64,000 nucleotides of DNA from Armatimonadota bacterium (GCA_037444405.1 JBBIML010000007.1:1-64000), one strand, 5' to 3'; positions 33,239 through 45,445 are shown, counted from the first letter of the stretch. The notes: a model not told the origin generated them from the sequence alone. Translations and numbers: made by a program.

Positions 33239-33739
33239 ATGGAACGCGCCATTCAGGTCATCCATCAGTTATGTGAGGAAGGGCTGATTCGGCAGTACGC
33301 GCTGGGTGGCGCCGCTGCGCTCATGTTCTATACCGAGCCCGCCCTCACCTACGATGTGGATGTGTTCATTCTTATCGATGCGGGTGAAGCGCACCTTGTT
33401 TCGCTGACACCTCTCTATGAGTATCTGACGGCGCGAGGCTACGCGCCGCAGGGTGAGCAGGTGATAATCGAAGGCGTGCCCGTGCAGTTTATCGTCGCCT
33501 ACAATCCGCTGGTTATCGAAGCGGTGGAGCAGGCGCAATCGCATCGGCTGGGTCAAACTCATGTGCGCGTGATGACGCCAGAGCATCTGATCGCGATTGC
33601 GCTGCAAACAGGTCGCGCTAAGGATCGGGAGCGGGTGCGGTTGCTGATGGAGGGCGCTTCCATCGATGAAGCGCGCCTGCAGGATATTCTTCAGCGATAT
33701 AATCTTCGGGAACGCTGGCGATTTTTTCGTGGTGGATGA
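33239..33739 (+). CDS. Small pol-beta-superfamily nucleotidyltransferase-like protein
   Basis: YALGGAAA...TYDVDV and GRAKD motifs. Confidence 0.6.
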   Translation: MERAIQVIHQLCEEGLIRQYALGGAAALMFYTEPALTYDVDVFILIDAGEAHLVSLTPLYEYLTARGYAPQGEQVIIEGVPVQFIVAYNPLVIEAVEQAQSHRLGQTHVRVMTPEHLIAIALQTGRAKDRERVRLLMEGASIDEARLQDILQRYNLRERWRFFRGG

Positions 33740-33968
33740 GGTGAGCCAGTCGCCTGTCCTGCCTGGGCGGGACGCCCAGGCTACTTGCGATACTCTGCCG
33801 CCGCAGCTGCAACACGCTATCGAGAGCGACCGCCGCTGGCGTGAGCATCTGCGCGCGTTGCCCGTCGAAGCGAAGATTCAGATTATCATTGAGATGCAGC
33901 GCTGGGCGCAGGCGATTCGGTCGGCGGCAGGAAAACCGTCCAGACCTGTGTGGGAGGAGCGAAAATGA
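33732..33968 (+). CDS. Small hypothetical protein coupled to the nucleotidyltransferase
   Basis: GTG start overlapping the upstream gene end; helical segment LRALPVEAKIQIIIEMQRW; its stop overlaps the pdxH start. Confidence 0.5.
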   Translation: MDEVSQSPVLPGRDAQATCDTLPPQLQHAIESDRRWREHLRALPVEAKIQIIIEMQRWAQAIRSAAGKPSRPVWEERK

Positions 33969-34600
33969 ACCTGTTCTCACGCGTGGAGTATAATCGCGAG
34001 CCGCTGCTGGAGACGGAAGTGGACCCTGACCCGATTCGCCAGCTGGAGCGCTGGCTGAAAGAGGCGATGGAGGCGCAGGTGGTCGAGCCGAACGCGATAT
34101 GTGTGGCGACGGTGGACGAATCGGGGTATCCCGACGCGCGGTTTGTGCTGTTGCGCGGGCTGGACGAGCGCGGGCTGGTGTTCTACACGCACGCCCATAG
34201 CGCCAAAGGGCGCCAGCTGAGCCACAACCCGCGCGCATGCGCCGTATTCTGGTGGGGCGCGCTGCAGCGGCAGGTGCGCGTTCAGGGCACAGTCGAGCCA
34301 GTAAGCGACGCGGAAGCCGACGACTATTTCGCCTCGCGCCCGCGCGGGCATCAGCTGGCGGCGTGGGTCTCGCCCCAGAGCCAGCCGATTCCCAATCGGC
34401 AGGTGCTGGAGGAGCGCATGGCGCAGATGGAGCGCCGGTATGAGGGTCAGCCTGTGCCGCGCCCGCCGTACTGGGTGGGCTATCGCATCGTGCCGCAGCG
34501 CATCGAGTTCTGGCAGGGTCGCCCCAACCGTCTGCATGACCGCCTGCTTTACACGCGCCAGCCCGACGGCATATGGCGCATCGAACGCCTCGCCCCTTAG
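33965..34600 (+). CDS. pdxH: Pyridoxamine 5'-phosphate oxidase
   Basis: RFVLLRG, RQVRVQG, YFASRP, EFWQGRPNRLHDR, RLAP. Confidence 0.92.
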   Translation: MNLFSRVEYNREPLLETEVDPDPIRQLERWLKEAMEAQVVEPNAICVATVDESGYPDARFVLLRGLDERGLVFYTHAHSAKGRQLSHNPRACAVFWWGALQRQVRVQGTVEPVSDAEADDYFASRPRGHQLAAWVSPQSQPIPNRQVLEERMAQMERRYEGQPVPRPPYWVGYRIVPQRIEFWQGRPNRLHDRLLYTRQPDGIWRIERLAP

Positions 34601-34616
34601 GTATAATCTCTTCAGC

Positions 34617-35690
34617 ATGGCAACGATAACGCGCGAGCAGGTACTGGACACGCTCCGAACTATTGTTGACCCCGACCTCCATCGCGACATCGTTTCGCTG
34701 GGGTTCGTGAAGGATGTGGTCATTTGCGACGGCGCGGTCAAAGTGGTGATCGAGCTGACCACGCCCGCGTGCCCCGTGCGCGACCAGATGAAGGCGCAGG
34801 CGGAAACGCTATTGCGTGCCCTGCCCGGTGTCACCGCTGTGAATGTGGAGATGACCGCGCAGGTGCGCCAGCGCATGATGACGCCCGAAGATATCCTGCC
34901 GAATGTCAAGCACATCGTGGCGATTGCCAGCGGCAAGGGTGGTGTGGGCAAATCGACGGTGGCGGTCAATCTGGCGGTCGCGCTGGCGCAAACGGGCGCC
35001 AGGGTGGGGCTGCTGGACGCCGATGTGTACGGTCCCAGCATCCCCAAGATGCTCGGCTGCCAGCACGAGAAGCCGCTGGTCGAATCGCAGCAGATTATCC
35101 CGATTCGGCGGTACGGGCTATCGGTGATGTCGCTGGGCTTCCTGCTGGAGGAGGATCAGGCGGCGATGTGGCGCGGTCCGATTGTGGCGGGCACGGTGCG
35201 CCAGCTGTTTGTGGATGTGCGCTGGGGCGAGCTGGACTACCTGATTGTTGACCTGCCACCGGGCACGGGCGACGCGCCGATGACCACCGCGCAGCTGGTG
35301 CCGCTCACGGGCGTGGTGATTGTGATGACCCCGCAGGAGGTGGCAGCCAGCATCGCGGGCAAGTCGGTCGCCCTGTTCCGCCGGCTGAACGCGCCGATTT
35401 TGGGCGTGATCGAGAACATGGGCGAGTTCGTCTGCCCGCACTGTGGCGAGCGCACGCTCATCTTTCCCGGTCCGGGCGCACGACGGTTCGCCGAACGGCT
35501 CGGTGTACCATTTCTGGGCACCGTTCCGCTCGATCCTGTGGTGAGCCTCTCCAGCGATGCCGGTCAGCCCGCAATCTTAGCTGCGCCCGACTCGGCACAG
35601 GCGCAGGCGTTCCGCGAAATCGCAGGCAAGCTCGCCGCCGAAATCAGTATCACCAGCTTCGGCAGTGGGGATTCAGCTGCGGAGGCATAG
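34617..35690 (+). CDS. mrp: Mrp/ApbC/NBP35 Fe-S cluster carrier ATPase
   Basis: N-terminal DUF59 domain (LTTPACP), SGKGGVGKS, DADVYGPS, DLPPGTGD, ENM..CPHC. Confidence 0.9.
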   Translation: MATITREQVLDTLRTIVDPDLHRDIVSLGFVKDVVICDGAVKVVIELTTPACPVRDQMKAQAETLLRALPGVTAVNVEMTAQVRQRMMTPEDILPNVKHIVAIASGKGGVGKSTVAVNLAVALAQTGARVGLLDADVYGPSIPKMLGCQHEKPLVESQQIIPIRRYGLSVMSLGFLLEEDQAAMWRGPIVAGTVRQLFVDVRWGELDYLIVDLPPGTGDAPMTTAQLVPLTGVVIVMTPQEVAASIAGKSVALFRRLNAPILGVIENMGEFVCPHCGERTLIFPGPGARRFAERLGVPFLGTVPLDPVVSLSSDAGQPAILAAPDSAQAQAFREIAGKLAAEISITSFGSGDSAAEA

Positions 35691-35698
35691 TGGAGCCT

Positions 35699-35730
35699 GT
35701 GCAGGGGTGTTCTTCGGAACACCCCTGCAC
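35699..35730. terminator. Hairpin between convergent genes (likely bidirectional terminator)
   Basis: GTGCAGGGGTGTTC-TTCG-GAACACCCCTGCAC is a perfect stem. Confidence 0.65.
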
Positions 35731-35736
35731 CTCGAT

Positions 35737-38274
35737 TTACGGGCACGCGATGCGTCGGATCACGATGTGATCCACACCCGCCTCGCAAATGGAGTCGTTC
35801 GGGTTGTCGCTGGTGCCGAAGCGGATGCGCACCTGTGCGCTGGGCGTTACATAATCGCCGATACGGAAGCTGCGCCGAATCCACTGGTTCTCACTGCCTG
35901 TGAAGCTCACGGTCTCCACGCGCACCCATGAGGCGCCGTTGTTGTTGGACACCTCCACGAAGAAGGTGTCGTTGATGACCGTTCCGTTGTAGAACCAGCG
36001 GTAGTACTCCACGATGGCGTCGCTGCCCTGCAGGTTGATGATAGGCGAGATGAGGTAGGTGGGTCCACCGTCCACATCGGCTTCACCTACCGAGCCGCCG
36101 ACGCTACCCTGCCCCGTGAAGAAGCAGCGCGAACCCGTATCAGGCGAATCGGCGCCAGGGTTGGCAGGCAGACCGTTCTGGGTTGTGCCACGCGGGATGT
36201 CGCGCACCCACGCGCCAGTTGTCAGGTTCTGATTCTGCACTGTCCAGCCCAGGTCGGTCTCGGCAGTGTCTTCGAGGATGGTTACCAGCCCTGACGCGAC
36301 CAGCACCGACAGCGCGTCGTTCTGACCGCCACGCGGGTAGTAGGTGACGCGCCCCTGTGTGTCGTAGGCTTCGATGTAGTACCGCACCGTGCTGCCGCAG
36401 GCGGGCACGGGGATCGCCGCGATGTAGCGGTCGCCTGCCATCCAGCGCATTGCCACCTGCTGATAGGCGCCTCGATTGATCGAGTAGCGCAGGAAGACCC
36501 GATTGCGGTCGGGCTGACCGCTCAGCGGGCTGACGCGCACCACGAAGCGCATCAGCGGCAGCCAGCTGCCCTGCGCGGGTGCAACCACCGAATCGGGCAA
36601 CTGCAGCGGGTCGATGCGCACCCAGTCGATCTGCGGCGCGGGCAGATTGTGGCGCGAGAAGCCCTCGTTAATCTGGAAGTAGTGCGGCGTGCCGTTGTAG
36701 ATGTTGTTATCGTCGTCGTCCAGCGTCAGCACATCGATGGTGATCTGGGGTGAAATGCCGCTCGGACGCAGCAAGATGCTGTTGAGGTACCACTCGCGCA
36801 CCTTCTGCAGCGCAAAGCTCGGATTGTTGCTGTAGCGCTGGCGCATCGACAGATAGGTCTGCCAGAACGCCCCGCTGATCACCTGCCCGCAGTAATGCAC
36901 CTCGCCCGAGCAGGGATAGCGCACATCGTTGACCGAGTTGCGCAGACAGCCAGTGCCGATGCCGCGAAACTCGATGGCTAAACAGGGGTCATCCGCCAGA
37001 AGGGCTGCCGTCACATCCGCCATGCCCTCATGGTAGTCGCCGGTAGCGTTCGGATGACCCATCTCGATGATGAAGTGCCCGTATTCGTGATAAATCACGG
37101 TGGAATACGCCGTGTTCACACAGCCGCCGCCAGAGCGATAGAAGTTAATCGTGCGGCTCGAGTAGTAGGCGTTGCAGGTGCTGTTGATGTTCACATTGCA
37201 GGGGATTTGATAGTCTATTCCGGGATAAGCGGGGTTGATGGCGTCGGCGAAGTTGTGGACAATCTGCGTTTGCAGGAAGCCGTTCACCTGCGCCGTGTTG
37301 AGTTCCACCCGCTCGGTGTTGAAGATGAAGTCGGCGGGTCCCGGTGGAGTCACGGTCTGTTGCAGGGAGAGCGTCGTGCCTGCCTGGTTCACCACGCGCA
37401 CCCAGGGACCGATCAGGTCTGCTCGCACGGTTACGCTGCCTGTGCCGTCGAACGGCAGAGTGAAGAAACCGTTCGCGTCCGTGTAGGTGCTGGAGCCGCC
37501 CACGATGGACACACGCAGTTGCGGCATCGGCATCAGCACGGGCGGGTTCTGGCTGTGGTCGGGGCGCAAACCGGGCGTCGCATAGCCCTGCACGCTACCC
37601 GTGATGTCCACGAAATAGACCTCCGAGCGCCACTCCAGAATCGCGCCGCTGTGTGCATCGATGAACGCGCGATAGCGTTCCGGCTGCTCCAGCCGATGCG
37701 AATCGACGGTCAGCACCCATGCCAGGTGGGTGCGTTCCTCTCCGGGATAGATAATCAGCTCGGGTTGGGTCTCCTGATGGAGATCGGGGCGAAGCTTGCG
37801 AATCAGTTCGCTGGCTTCGTCCGCAGTGAGGCTCGGCTTGAGCGAAACGGGTTCCACGAAGCGCACCGCATTGCTTGCCAACACCAGTGGGTGGTCAGGC
37901 GTGTTGCGCACCAGCAGGGTCAGCTCGCCCCGATCGACGGGGATGCCCTGCACCTGCTGCTGGAAATAGACCGCCGTGAAGCGAGGCGGCATCACCGGTT
38001 GCGTGCCCGTCAGCACCAGCTCGCTGGCGCCCGGTGTGAACAGCCCGCTATAGCGCGCCACGAACGCCAGCGCCGCCTCCTCGGGCGAGGAGCCATAGCC
38101 GAACGGCACGCCCCAGATGCGCCGCAGTGCCGTGCCCTCTTCATAAAGCAACACGCCCGGCGCTTCTTTCTGCAACTGCTCCGCGAGTTGTCGGCGCACC
38201 TGCAGCGATTCAGGCGTTTGCGCCCATGCGCCGACCAGTAAGCCGATTAGCGCGATAGACAGCCATCGTCTCAT
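35737..38274 (-). CDS. Secreted zinc metallopeptidase (M4/M36-like) with propeptide and C-terminal beta domains
   Basis: Signal peptide, FTP/PepSY-like propeptide, NAYY, HEYGH, HEGMAD, EVH. Confidence 0.7.
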   Translation of the reverse strand: MRRWLSIALIGLLVGAWAQTPESLQVRRQLAEQLQKEAPGVLLYEEGTALRRIWGVPFGYGSSPEEAALAFVARYSGLFTPGASELVLTGTQPVMPPRFTAVYFQQQVQGIPVDRGELTLLVRNTPDHPLVLASNAVRFVEPVSLKPSLTADEASELIRKLRPDLHQETQPELIIYPGEERTHLAWVLTVDSHRLEQPERYRAFIDAHSGAILEWRSEVYFVDITGSVQGYATPGLRPDHSQNPPVLMPMPQLRVSIVGGSSTYTDANGFFTLPFDGTGSVTVRADLIGPWVRVVNQAGTTLSLQQTVTPPGPADFIFNTERVELNTAQVNGFLQTQIVHNFADAINPAYPGIDYQIPCNVNINSTCNAYYSSRTINFYRSGGGCVNTAYSTVIYHEYGHFIIEMGHPNATGDYHEGMADVTAALLADDPCLAIEFRGIGTGCLRNSVNDVRYPCSGEVHYCGQVISGAFWQTYLSMRQRYSNNPSFALQKVREWYLNSILLRPSGISPQITIDVLTLDDDDNNIYNGTPHYFQINEGFSRHNLPAPQIDWVRIDPLQLPDSVVAPAQGSWLPLMRFVVRVSPLSGQPDRNRVFLRYSINRGAYQQVAMRWMAGDRYIAAIPVPACGSTVRYYIEAYDTQGRVTYYPRGGQNDALSVLVASGLVTILEDTAETDLGWTVQNQNLTTGAWVRDIPRGTTQNGLPANPGADSPDTGSRCFFTGQGSVGGSVGEADVDGGPTYLISPIINLQGSDAIVEYYRWFYNGTVINDTFFVEVSNNNGASWVRVETVSFTGSENQWIRRSFRIGDYVTPSAQVRIRFGTSDNPNDSICEAGVDHIVIRRIACP

Positions 38275-38338
38275 ATTAATGCCCTCCATAATGGGGATTA
38301 TACATCACTTTGATGATGGACGGCTGAAAACCTCTCGC

Positions 38339-38782
38339 TTAAGGGCGTGCCAGCAGTGTTGCAATGCTGCCCAGCGCGAGCCACGCCAGCGAGATGTATA
38401 AGCAGGAGAAGAAAATCGCACCGATTTTGAGGGCGAGGATCAGATAGCCGACCCGGATGCCCTGCGCTGGTCGCCGCCCATCGGCGATCTCCTGCGCCAT
38501 CAGCACCGCATCGACAATCCCGTACACCCACGGTATCACCAGCCAGCCTGTAAGAAAGATAATGATTGCCTTGATGTAATCGCCGTTGTACAGTTGTCCC
38601 AGCCCGGGCACCAGCAACGCAAAGATGAAGGCGGTGAGCGTGCTGTGCTGTTCGTGGTTGGCAGCGCACGCTTCGCAGTAGGGGCGCGTGTTCACACGCA
38701 CCGTGCAGACCTCACAGAGGGGCTGATGGCAGTCGGTGCATTCGGCGATGGCGGGCGTGTGCGGGTGCAGGAAGCAGTTCAT
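38339..38782 (-). CDS. B-box-type zinc finger / TM2-like membrane protein
   Basis: CxxH, three CxxC pairs, and PGLGQLYNG followed by TM segments. Confidence 0.6.
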   Translation of the reverse strand: MNCFLHPHTPAIAECTDCHQPLCEVCTVRVNTRPYCEACAANHEQHSTLTAFIFALLVPGLGQLYNGDYIKAIIIFLTGWLVIPWVYGIVDAVLMAQEIADGRRPAQGIRVGYLILALKIGAIFFSCLYISLAWLALGSIATLLARP

Positions 38783-39519
38783 CGCTGTCCTCGCCTTGCA
38801 CGGTCGGTGAGCGGCTTAACCCATGCGCCACACAGGGGGCAATATTTCCAGTCGGGCTGCAGCGCGTAGTGGCACCTGGGGCACTGCAGCGGCTGGTCAG
38901 GCGGCACGGTGCGGTTGGGCGTGGTGCGTGGCTGCGCCCGCGAACCGCGAATCGAGCCGCGAATCGAGCCGCCGGGCGAAGGAATCGGCACAGTGCCCGC
39001 CTTCAGGCGCGGTGGCTCGGCAGGCATAATCCGATAGCCACGCTCCGTGCGCTCCCAGCGCAGACCTGTATTCCTGCACAGCGCGTCCAGCACCTGCTCC
39101 AGCGGCATCGTGGGCAGGTTCAGGTTATAACGCAACTCTGGCGTGCCGGGCGCGATTTCTATCCTGATTCCTGTCCCCGCTTCGAGGGCGCGCGCCACAT
39201 CCGTCAGCTTCATCCCCGTGCCAGAAAGCTTAATGCTGGGGCTGGTGTGAACCGCCTTCGGTCGCTGCTGGGGCTGGCGCGGCAGGATCAGGTAGACCCC
39301 ATCGCGCACGCTGAAGCGCGTATCGGTCGCCTCGCACAGCAGCTGCAACGCCTTCAGGAAGGGCACTTCACGCAGGGTGAGGTAGAGAGGGCGCTCCAGC
39401 GCGACATGCAGCACGAAGGGCGTGCCCGCCTGACGGAACAGCTCAACGAACACCTCGCGTGCATCAGTGCCCTTTGCCTCCAGTGTGATGCGCGGTTCAG
39501 ATGGTGTTGTCTGTCTCAT
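38779..39519 (-). CDS. STN (secretin/TonB N-terminal)-like repeats plus zinc ribbon protein
   Basis: Two 'l.l..vp...aL..lc..t.l' repeats; C-terminal CPRC...WKYCPLCG. Confidence 0.55.
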   Translation of the reverse strand: MRQTTPSEPRITLEAKGTDAREVFVELFRQAGTPFVLHVALERPLYLTLREVPFLKALQLLCEATDTRFSVRDGVYLILPRQPQQRPKAVHTSPSIKLSGTGMKLTDVARALEAGTGIRIEIAPGTPELRYNLNLPTMPLEQVLDALCRNTGLRWERTERGYRIMPAEPPRLKAGTVPIPSPGGSIRGSIRGSRAQPRTTPNRTVPPDQPLQCPRCHYALQPDWKYCPLCGAWVKPLTDRARRGQR

Positions 39520-40091
39520 CGCGTCCCCCGCACATGGTCGCGTCGGATCAGTTGACCCGATTCGTCATAGACTTCAACGGTTCCTTCTGGCGGCGTAGCG
39601 GGTTTGGTCGCGTTCTGGATGGTTCGCTTCTTGCGTGCAGCGGGTTTTGTGGTTGTGCGTTTGACCCCCTTACCCGTACCCTCTCCCCCGCTGGGGAAGA
39701 GGGTTTTAGAAAGCTGGGGAGAGAGTCGCGGTGAGGCATCAGCTCCCCTCTCCTGCAGCGTCGGGAGAGGGGCAGGGGGTGAGGGTCTAACGGAATCTGA
39801 CGCCACGCGAGCCAGCCACAGCCCGCTGCCAAGCCCCAGCACTGTTAGCGTTAACAGCAGGGCAACCTGCCAGCGGCGCGGGCGAGCGGGCAGCATATCT
39901 GGCTCCAGTGGCAACCCTTTTTGGAGCGATTCGAGGGCGCAGGCGGCTCTGGCGTACTCGGCGCGACAGCCGATGCATCGCGTTAGATGCGCCTCTATCG
40001 ACGCCCGCCGACGGTCGGATAGCGTGCCGTCCAGATATTGCCAGCGATGCCGGCGCACCCGCCTGCAGTCCAGCCGTGCCAGCCAGCCCAT
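39516..40091 (-). CDS. zf-HC2 (anti-sigma-like) membrane protein
   Basis: C....YLDG.L....HLTRCIGC followed by a TM helix. Start at MGWLAR. Confidence 0.65.
   Translation of the reverse strand: MGWLARLDCRRVRRHRWQYLDGTLSDRRRASIEAHLTRCIGCRAEYARAACALESLQKGLPLEPDMLPARPRRWQVALLLTLTVLGLGSGLWLARVASDSVRPSPPAPLPTLQERGADASPRLSPQLSKTLFPSGGEGTGKGVKRTTTKPAARKKRTIQNATKPATPPEGTVEVYDESGQLIRRDHVRGTR
39667..39785. repeat. Two inverted REP-like copies (39667-39703 and 39745-39785) inside the zf-HC2 CDS
   Basis: Same family as 1398-1434 and 43445-43482. Confidence 0.7.
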
Positions 40092-40134
40092 AATGCACCC
40101 CTTAGTGTACCCGTCGGGTATTCTATACCCCACT

Positions 40135-41568
40135 ATGGGCGTTCCGCAGATCAAGTTCGGCACGGAAGGCTGGCGCGGCGTGATTGCCGACGATTTCACG
40201 GTGGCGAATGTGCGCCTGGTGGTGCATGCGATTGCCCGCCACCTGCAGGAGGCGAAGCCACCGGGCGAGGGCGTGCTGGTCGCCTACGACTGTCGGGCGC
40301 AGTCGGAGGTGTTCGCGCAGGCAGCGGCAGCGGTGCTGAGTTCGTACGGCTTCCCCGTGTGGCTGACGCCCCGCCCCGTATCGTCGCCCGCTGCCGCCTA
40401 TGCGGTCATCAGTAATCAGCTGCAAGGAGCTGTCATCTTCACCGCCAGCCATAACCCGCCCATCTTTCACGGCATCAAGTTCAAGCCCCACTACGGCGGC
40501 GCCGCGCTGACCGACATCACCGATAGCATCGAGCGCCAGCTCCAGGCGCTGCTGCCCGATTATGAGCGCTACACCGAGCCTGTGGAACCTAGCGACTCCA
40601 TTCGCACGCTGGACCCCGTGCCCGACTATCTGGAAGCCCTCCACCAGTTCATTCAGCTGGATGAGCTGTACGAATCAGGCTATCGCGTGGTGACGGACGC
40701 GATGCACGGCTCCGGCGCAGGCTACCTGAAGGCGGTGCTGACCCGACTGGGGCTGGAGGTTCATGCCCTGCGCGAGGAACGCAACCCCTGGTTCGGCGGC
40801 GTCAATCCCGAACCGATCGCCGAGAATCTGCAGCCGCTTATTCACGCCGTGCGCCACACTAAAGCCGATATCGGCATCGCCATCGATGGCGACGGCGACC
40901 GCATCGGCGCGGTGGACGAACACGGCAACTTCGTGGACAGCCACCGCATCTTTGCCATCACGCTGCGCCATCTGGTGGAGAAGCGTGGCTGGCGCGGCGA
41001 GGTGGTCAAAACCTTCTCCGTGAGCCAGATTATCGACCACCTCTGTGCGCATTATAACCTGCCGCTGACCGTTGTGCCCATCGGCTTCAAGCACATCTGC
41101 GAGCGGATGCTCAACGGCGATGTGCTGATGGGCGGCGAGGAGAGCGGCGGCATCGGCATCACCCGCTATATGCTGGAGCGCGACGGCGTGATGATAGGAC
41201 TGATGCTGCTGGAGGCGATGGCAAGCAGTGGACGCACGCTCTCCCAGCTGGTGGACGATGTGTTCAGCATCACGGGCGCGTTCTACTACCACCGCATCGA
41301 TGCCCATTTTGAGCGGGAGCAGATGCCCGACCTGCGCCAGCAGCTCAAACGGCTTTCGCTCCAGCAGGCGCTGGATGTGCCTGTTATCCAGCGCGACGAT
41401 ATGGATGGGGTCAAGCACATCCTGGAGGACGGCTCGTGGCTGCTGTTGCGGGCGTCGGGCACGGAGCCTGTGGTGCGCATCTACGCGGAGGCGCAGACGC
41501 CCGAACGCGCCCGCCACCTCGCCGAAGAGGGACACCACATCCTCAAGCGGCTGGTCGGCATCGCCTGA
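40135..41568 (+). CDS. Phosphoglucomutase/phosphomannomutase
   Basis: FGTEGWRG, TASHNP, DGDGDR, GEESGG, RASGTEP. Confidence 0.9.
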   Translation: MGVPQIKFGTEGWRGVIADDFTVANVRLVVHAIARHLQEAKPPGEGVLVAYDCRAQSEVFAQAAAAVLSSYGFPVWLTPRPVSSPAAAYAVISNQLQGAVIFTASHNPPIFHGIKFKPHYGGAALTDITDSIERQLQALLPDYERYTEPVEPSDSIRTLDPVPDYLEALHQFIQLDELYESGYRVVTDAMHGSGAGYLKAVLTRLGLEVHALREERNPWFGGVNPEPIAENLQPLIHAVRHTKADIGIAIDGDGDRIGAVDEHGNFVDSHRIFAITLRHLVEKRGWRGEVVKTFSVSQIIDHLCAHYNLPLTVVPIGFKHICERMLNGDVLMGGEESGGIGITRYMLERDGVMIGLMLLEAMASSGRTLSQLVDDVFSITGAFYYHRIDAHFEREQMPDLRQQLKRLSLQQALDVPVIQRDDMDGVKHILEDGSWLLLRASGTEPVVRIYAEAQTPERARHLAEEGHHILKRLVGIA

Positions 41569-41671
41569 GGCGCCCTCACCTTTACAAAAAAATGGTGGTC
41601 GTAAGTAGCGCGGGGTACAATATCATTCTATCAACAGGCGACTGACCAGTCGGTAAGGAGTGTGAGCGATT

Positions 41672-43420
41672 ATGGCGGCGAACTATCTCAGGGGCGAGCC
41701 GATCCAGCTGCGCTGGCGCAGCGCATGGTGCGAGCATGAGGCACGAACCGTCCCCGCCCTGTTTGTGAGTCAGGCGGACACGCTGGGCGATTACCCGCTC
41801 TACTGGGTCAAACGCGAGGGCGCCTATCGCCCCATCCGCTGGCGCGAGGTGCGCGAGCAGGTGGAGGCGTTAGCCGCGGGGCTGATCGCGCGCGGCGTCC
41901 AGCCGGGCGACCGCGTGGCGATTCTGTCCGAGAACCGCTACGAATGGGTGCTTTCAGATCTGGCGATCCTGGCATGCGGCGCCATCTCCGTCACGCTGCA
42001 TGCGCCGCTGACGCCCGCGCAGGTGCTGGAGCAGTTGCGCGATTCGGAAGCCTGTGCGCTGTTTGTCAGCACGCCCGAGCAGGCGCAGAAGGTGAACCCG
42101 CACCGCGCCCAGCTGCCCCACCTGAAACGGTTCATTGCCTATACGCCCATCAGCGGCTGGACGCACCTGAACGCGCTGATGGACGAAGGGCGCGCTCTGC
42201 TTCGGGATAAGCCCCGCGTGGTGGACGACTATCGCGACACGCTGAACTGGGACAGCCTCGCCACCCTCATCTACACCTCGGGCACCACCGGCGAAAGCAA
42301 GGGCGTGATGCTCTCGCACGGCAATCTGCTTTCGAATATGTATGCCGCGATGCAGGTGTTCACGCCGCCCGAGCGCGACTACCTGATGCTGAACTTCCTG
42401 CCGTTGAGCCACATCTACGCGCGTCTGAGCGATTACCTGACCACGCTGGGGCTGGGCACAATGCTGGCGTTCGCCGAAAGCTATGACACCATCCGCCAGA
42501 ACCTGAGCGAGGTGCGCCCGCACGCGATTAACGGCGTACCGCGCTTCTACGAGAAAGTGCGCGAGCGACTGCTGGAGGTGTTCGAGAGCAAGCCGCTGCT
42601 GCGCATGCTGGGCAAGTGGGGGCGACGCAAGGCGCTGCAGAAGGTGTTCGGCGGGCGAATCGTCTGGATGACCAGCGGCGGCGCCGCGCTCGACCCGCAG
42701 GTCGCCGAGTTCTACTGGGAACACGGCTTCCAGCTCTATCAGGGCTATGGACTGACCGAAGCCTCGCCCGTCATCGCCTGTAATCGCCCGAACAATAACC
42801 GAATCGGCACCGTCGGCGTGCCTTTTCCGGGTGTGGAGGTGCGAATCGCAGACGACGGCGAGCTGCTGGCACGCGGTCCGAATATTATGAAAGGCTACTG
42901 GCGCCAGCCCGACGCGACCGCCGAAGCCATCGACGCCGACGGCTGGCTGCACACGGGCGACTGCGCCGAAATCGTGGAAGACCGATACATCCGGATCACC
43001 GACCGCAAAAAGGACATCTTTGTGCTGGCGGGCGGCAAGAACATCGCGCCCGTCGCGCTGGAGACCGCCCTCGTGCGCAACCCCTACATTGAGCAGGCGA
43101 TGGTGTACGGCGATAAGAAGAAGTTCGTCTCCGCGCTGATTGTGCCCGACTTCCCGCGTCTGGAGCAGTGGGCGCGCGAGCAGCGGCTCCCGTTCCAGAG
43201 CCGTGAGGACCTGGTCAGCCGTCGCGAGGTGTATCGGTGGATGGAGCTGCAGGTGGCAGACGCCCTGCGCGACTTCGCGCCCTACGAGCAGGTGAAGCGG
43301 TTCGTGCTGCTCACGGAGCCGTTCACCTTTGAGGCGGGCGATTTGACCATCACGCTCAAGATGCGTCGGGCGCGGATTATTGAGCGCTACCGCGAACAGC
43401 TGGACGCGCTGTATGAGTGA
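41672..43420 (+). CDS. Long-chain fatty acid-CoA ligase (AMP-dependent)
   Basis: YTSGTTGESKG, GYGLTEA, GWLHTGD, DRKKD. Confidence 0.9.
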   Translation: MAANYLRGEPIQLRWRSAWCEHEARTVPALFVSQADTLGDYPLYWVKREGAYRPIRWREVREQVEALAAGLIARGVQPGDRVAILSENRYEWVLSDLAILACGAISVTLHAPLTPAQVLEQLRDSEACALFVSTPEQAQKVNPHRAQLPHLKRFIAYTPISGWTHLNALMDEGRALLRDKPRVVDDYRDTLNWDSLATLIYTSGTTGESKGVMLSHGNLLSNMYAAMQVFTPPERDYLMLNFLPLSHIYARLSDYLTTLGLGTMLAFAESYDTIRQNLSEVRPHAINGVPRFYEKVRERLLEVFESKPLLRMLGKWGRRKALQKVFGGRIVWMTSGGAALDPQVAEFYWEHGFQLYQGYGLTEASPVIACNRPNNNRIGTVGVPFPGVEVRIADDGELLARGPNIMKGYWRQPDATAEAIDADGWLHTGDCAEIVEDRYIRITDRKKDIFVLAGGKNIAPVALETALVRNPYIEQAMVYGDKKKFVSALIVPDFPRLEQWAREQRLPFQSREDLVSRREVYRWMELQVADALRDFAPYEQVKRFVLLTEPFTFEAGDLTITLKMRRARIIERYREQLDALYE

Positions 43421-43444
43421 CTCCTGCAGCGACGCATTTAGAAA

Positions 43445-43482
43445 CCCCTCACCCCCACCCTCTCCCCAGAGGGGTGAGGGGG
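43445..43482. repeat. REP-like element between convergent genes
   Basis: CCCCTCACCCCCACCCTCTCCCCAGAGGGGTGAGGGG. Confidence 0.7.
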
Positions 43483-43504
43483 CTTGTTCCCTTCCGCTCA
43501 ACGC

Positions 43505-45441
<1,937 letters not shown>

Positions 45442-45445
<4 letters not shown>

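Noticed and set aside
38941..38972. 12-nt tandem repeat (GSIR x2-3)
   Set aside because: A short in-frame linker duplication; not a CRISPR or a contingency tract.
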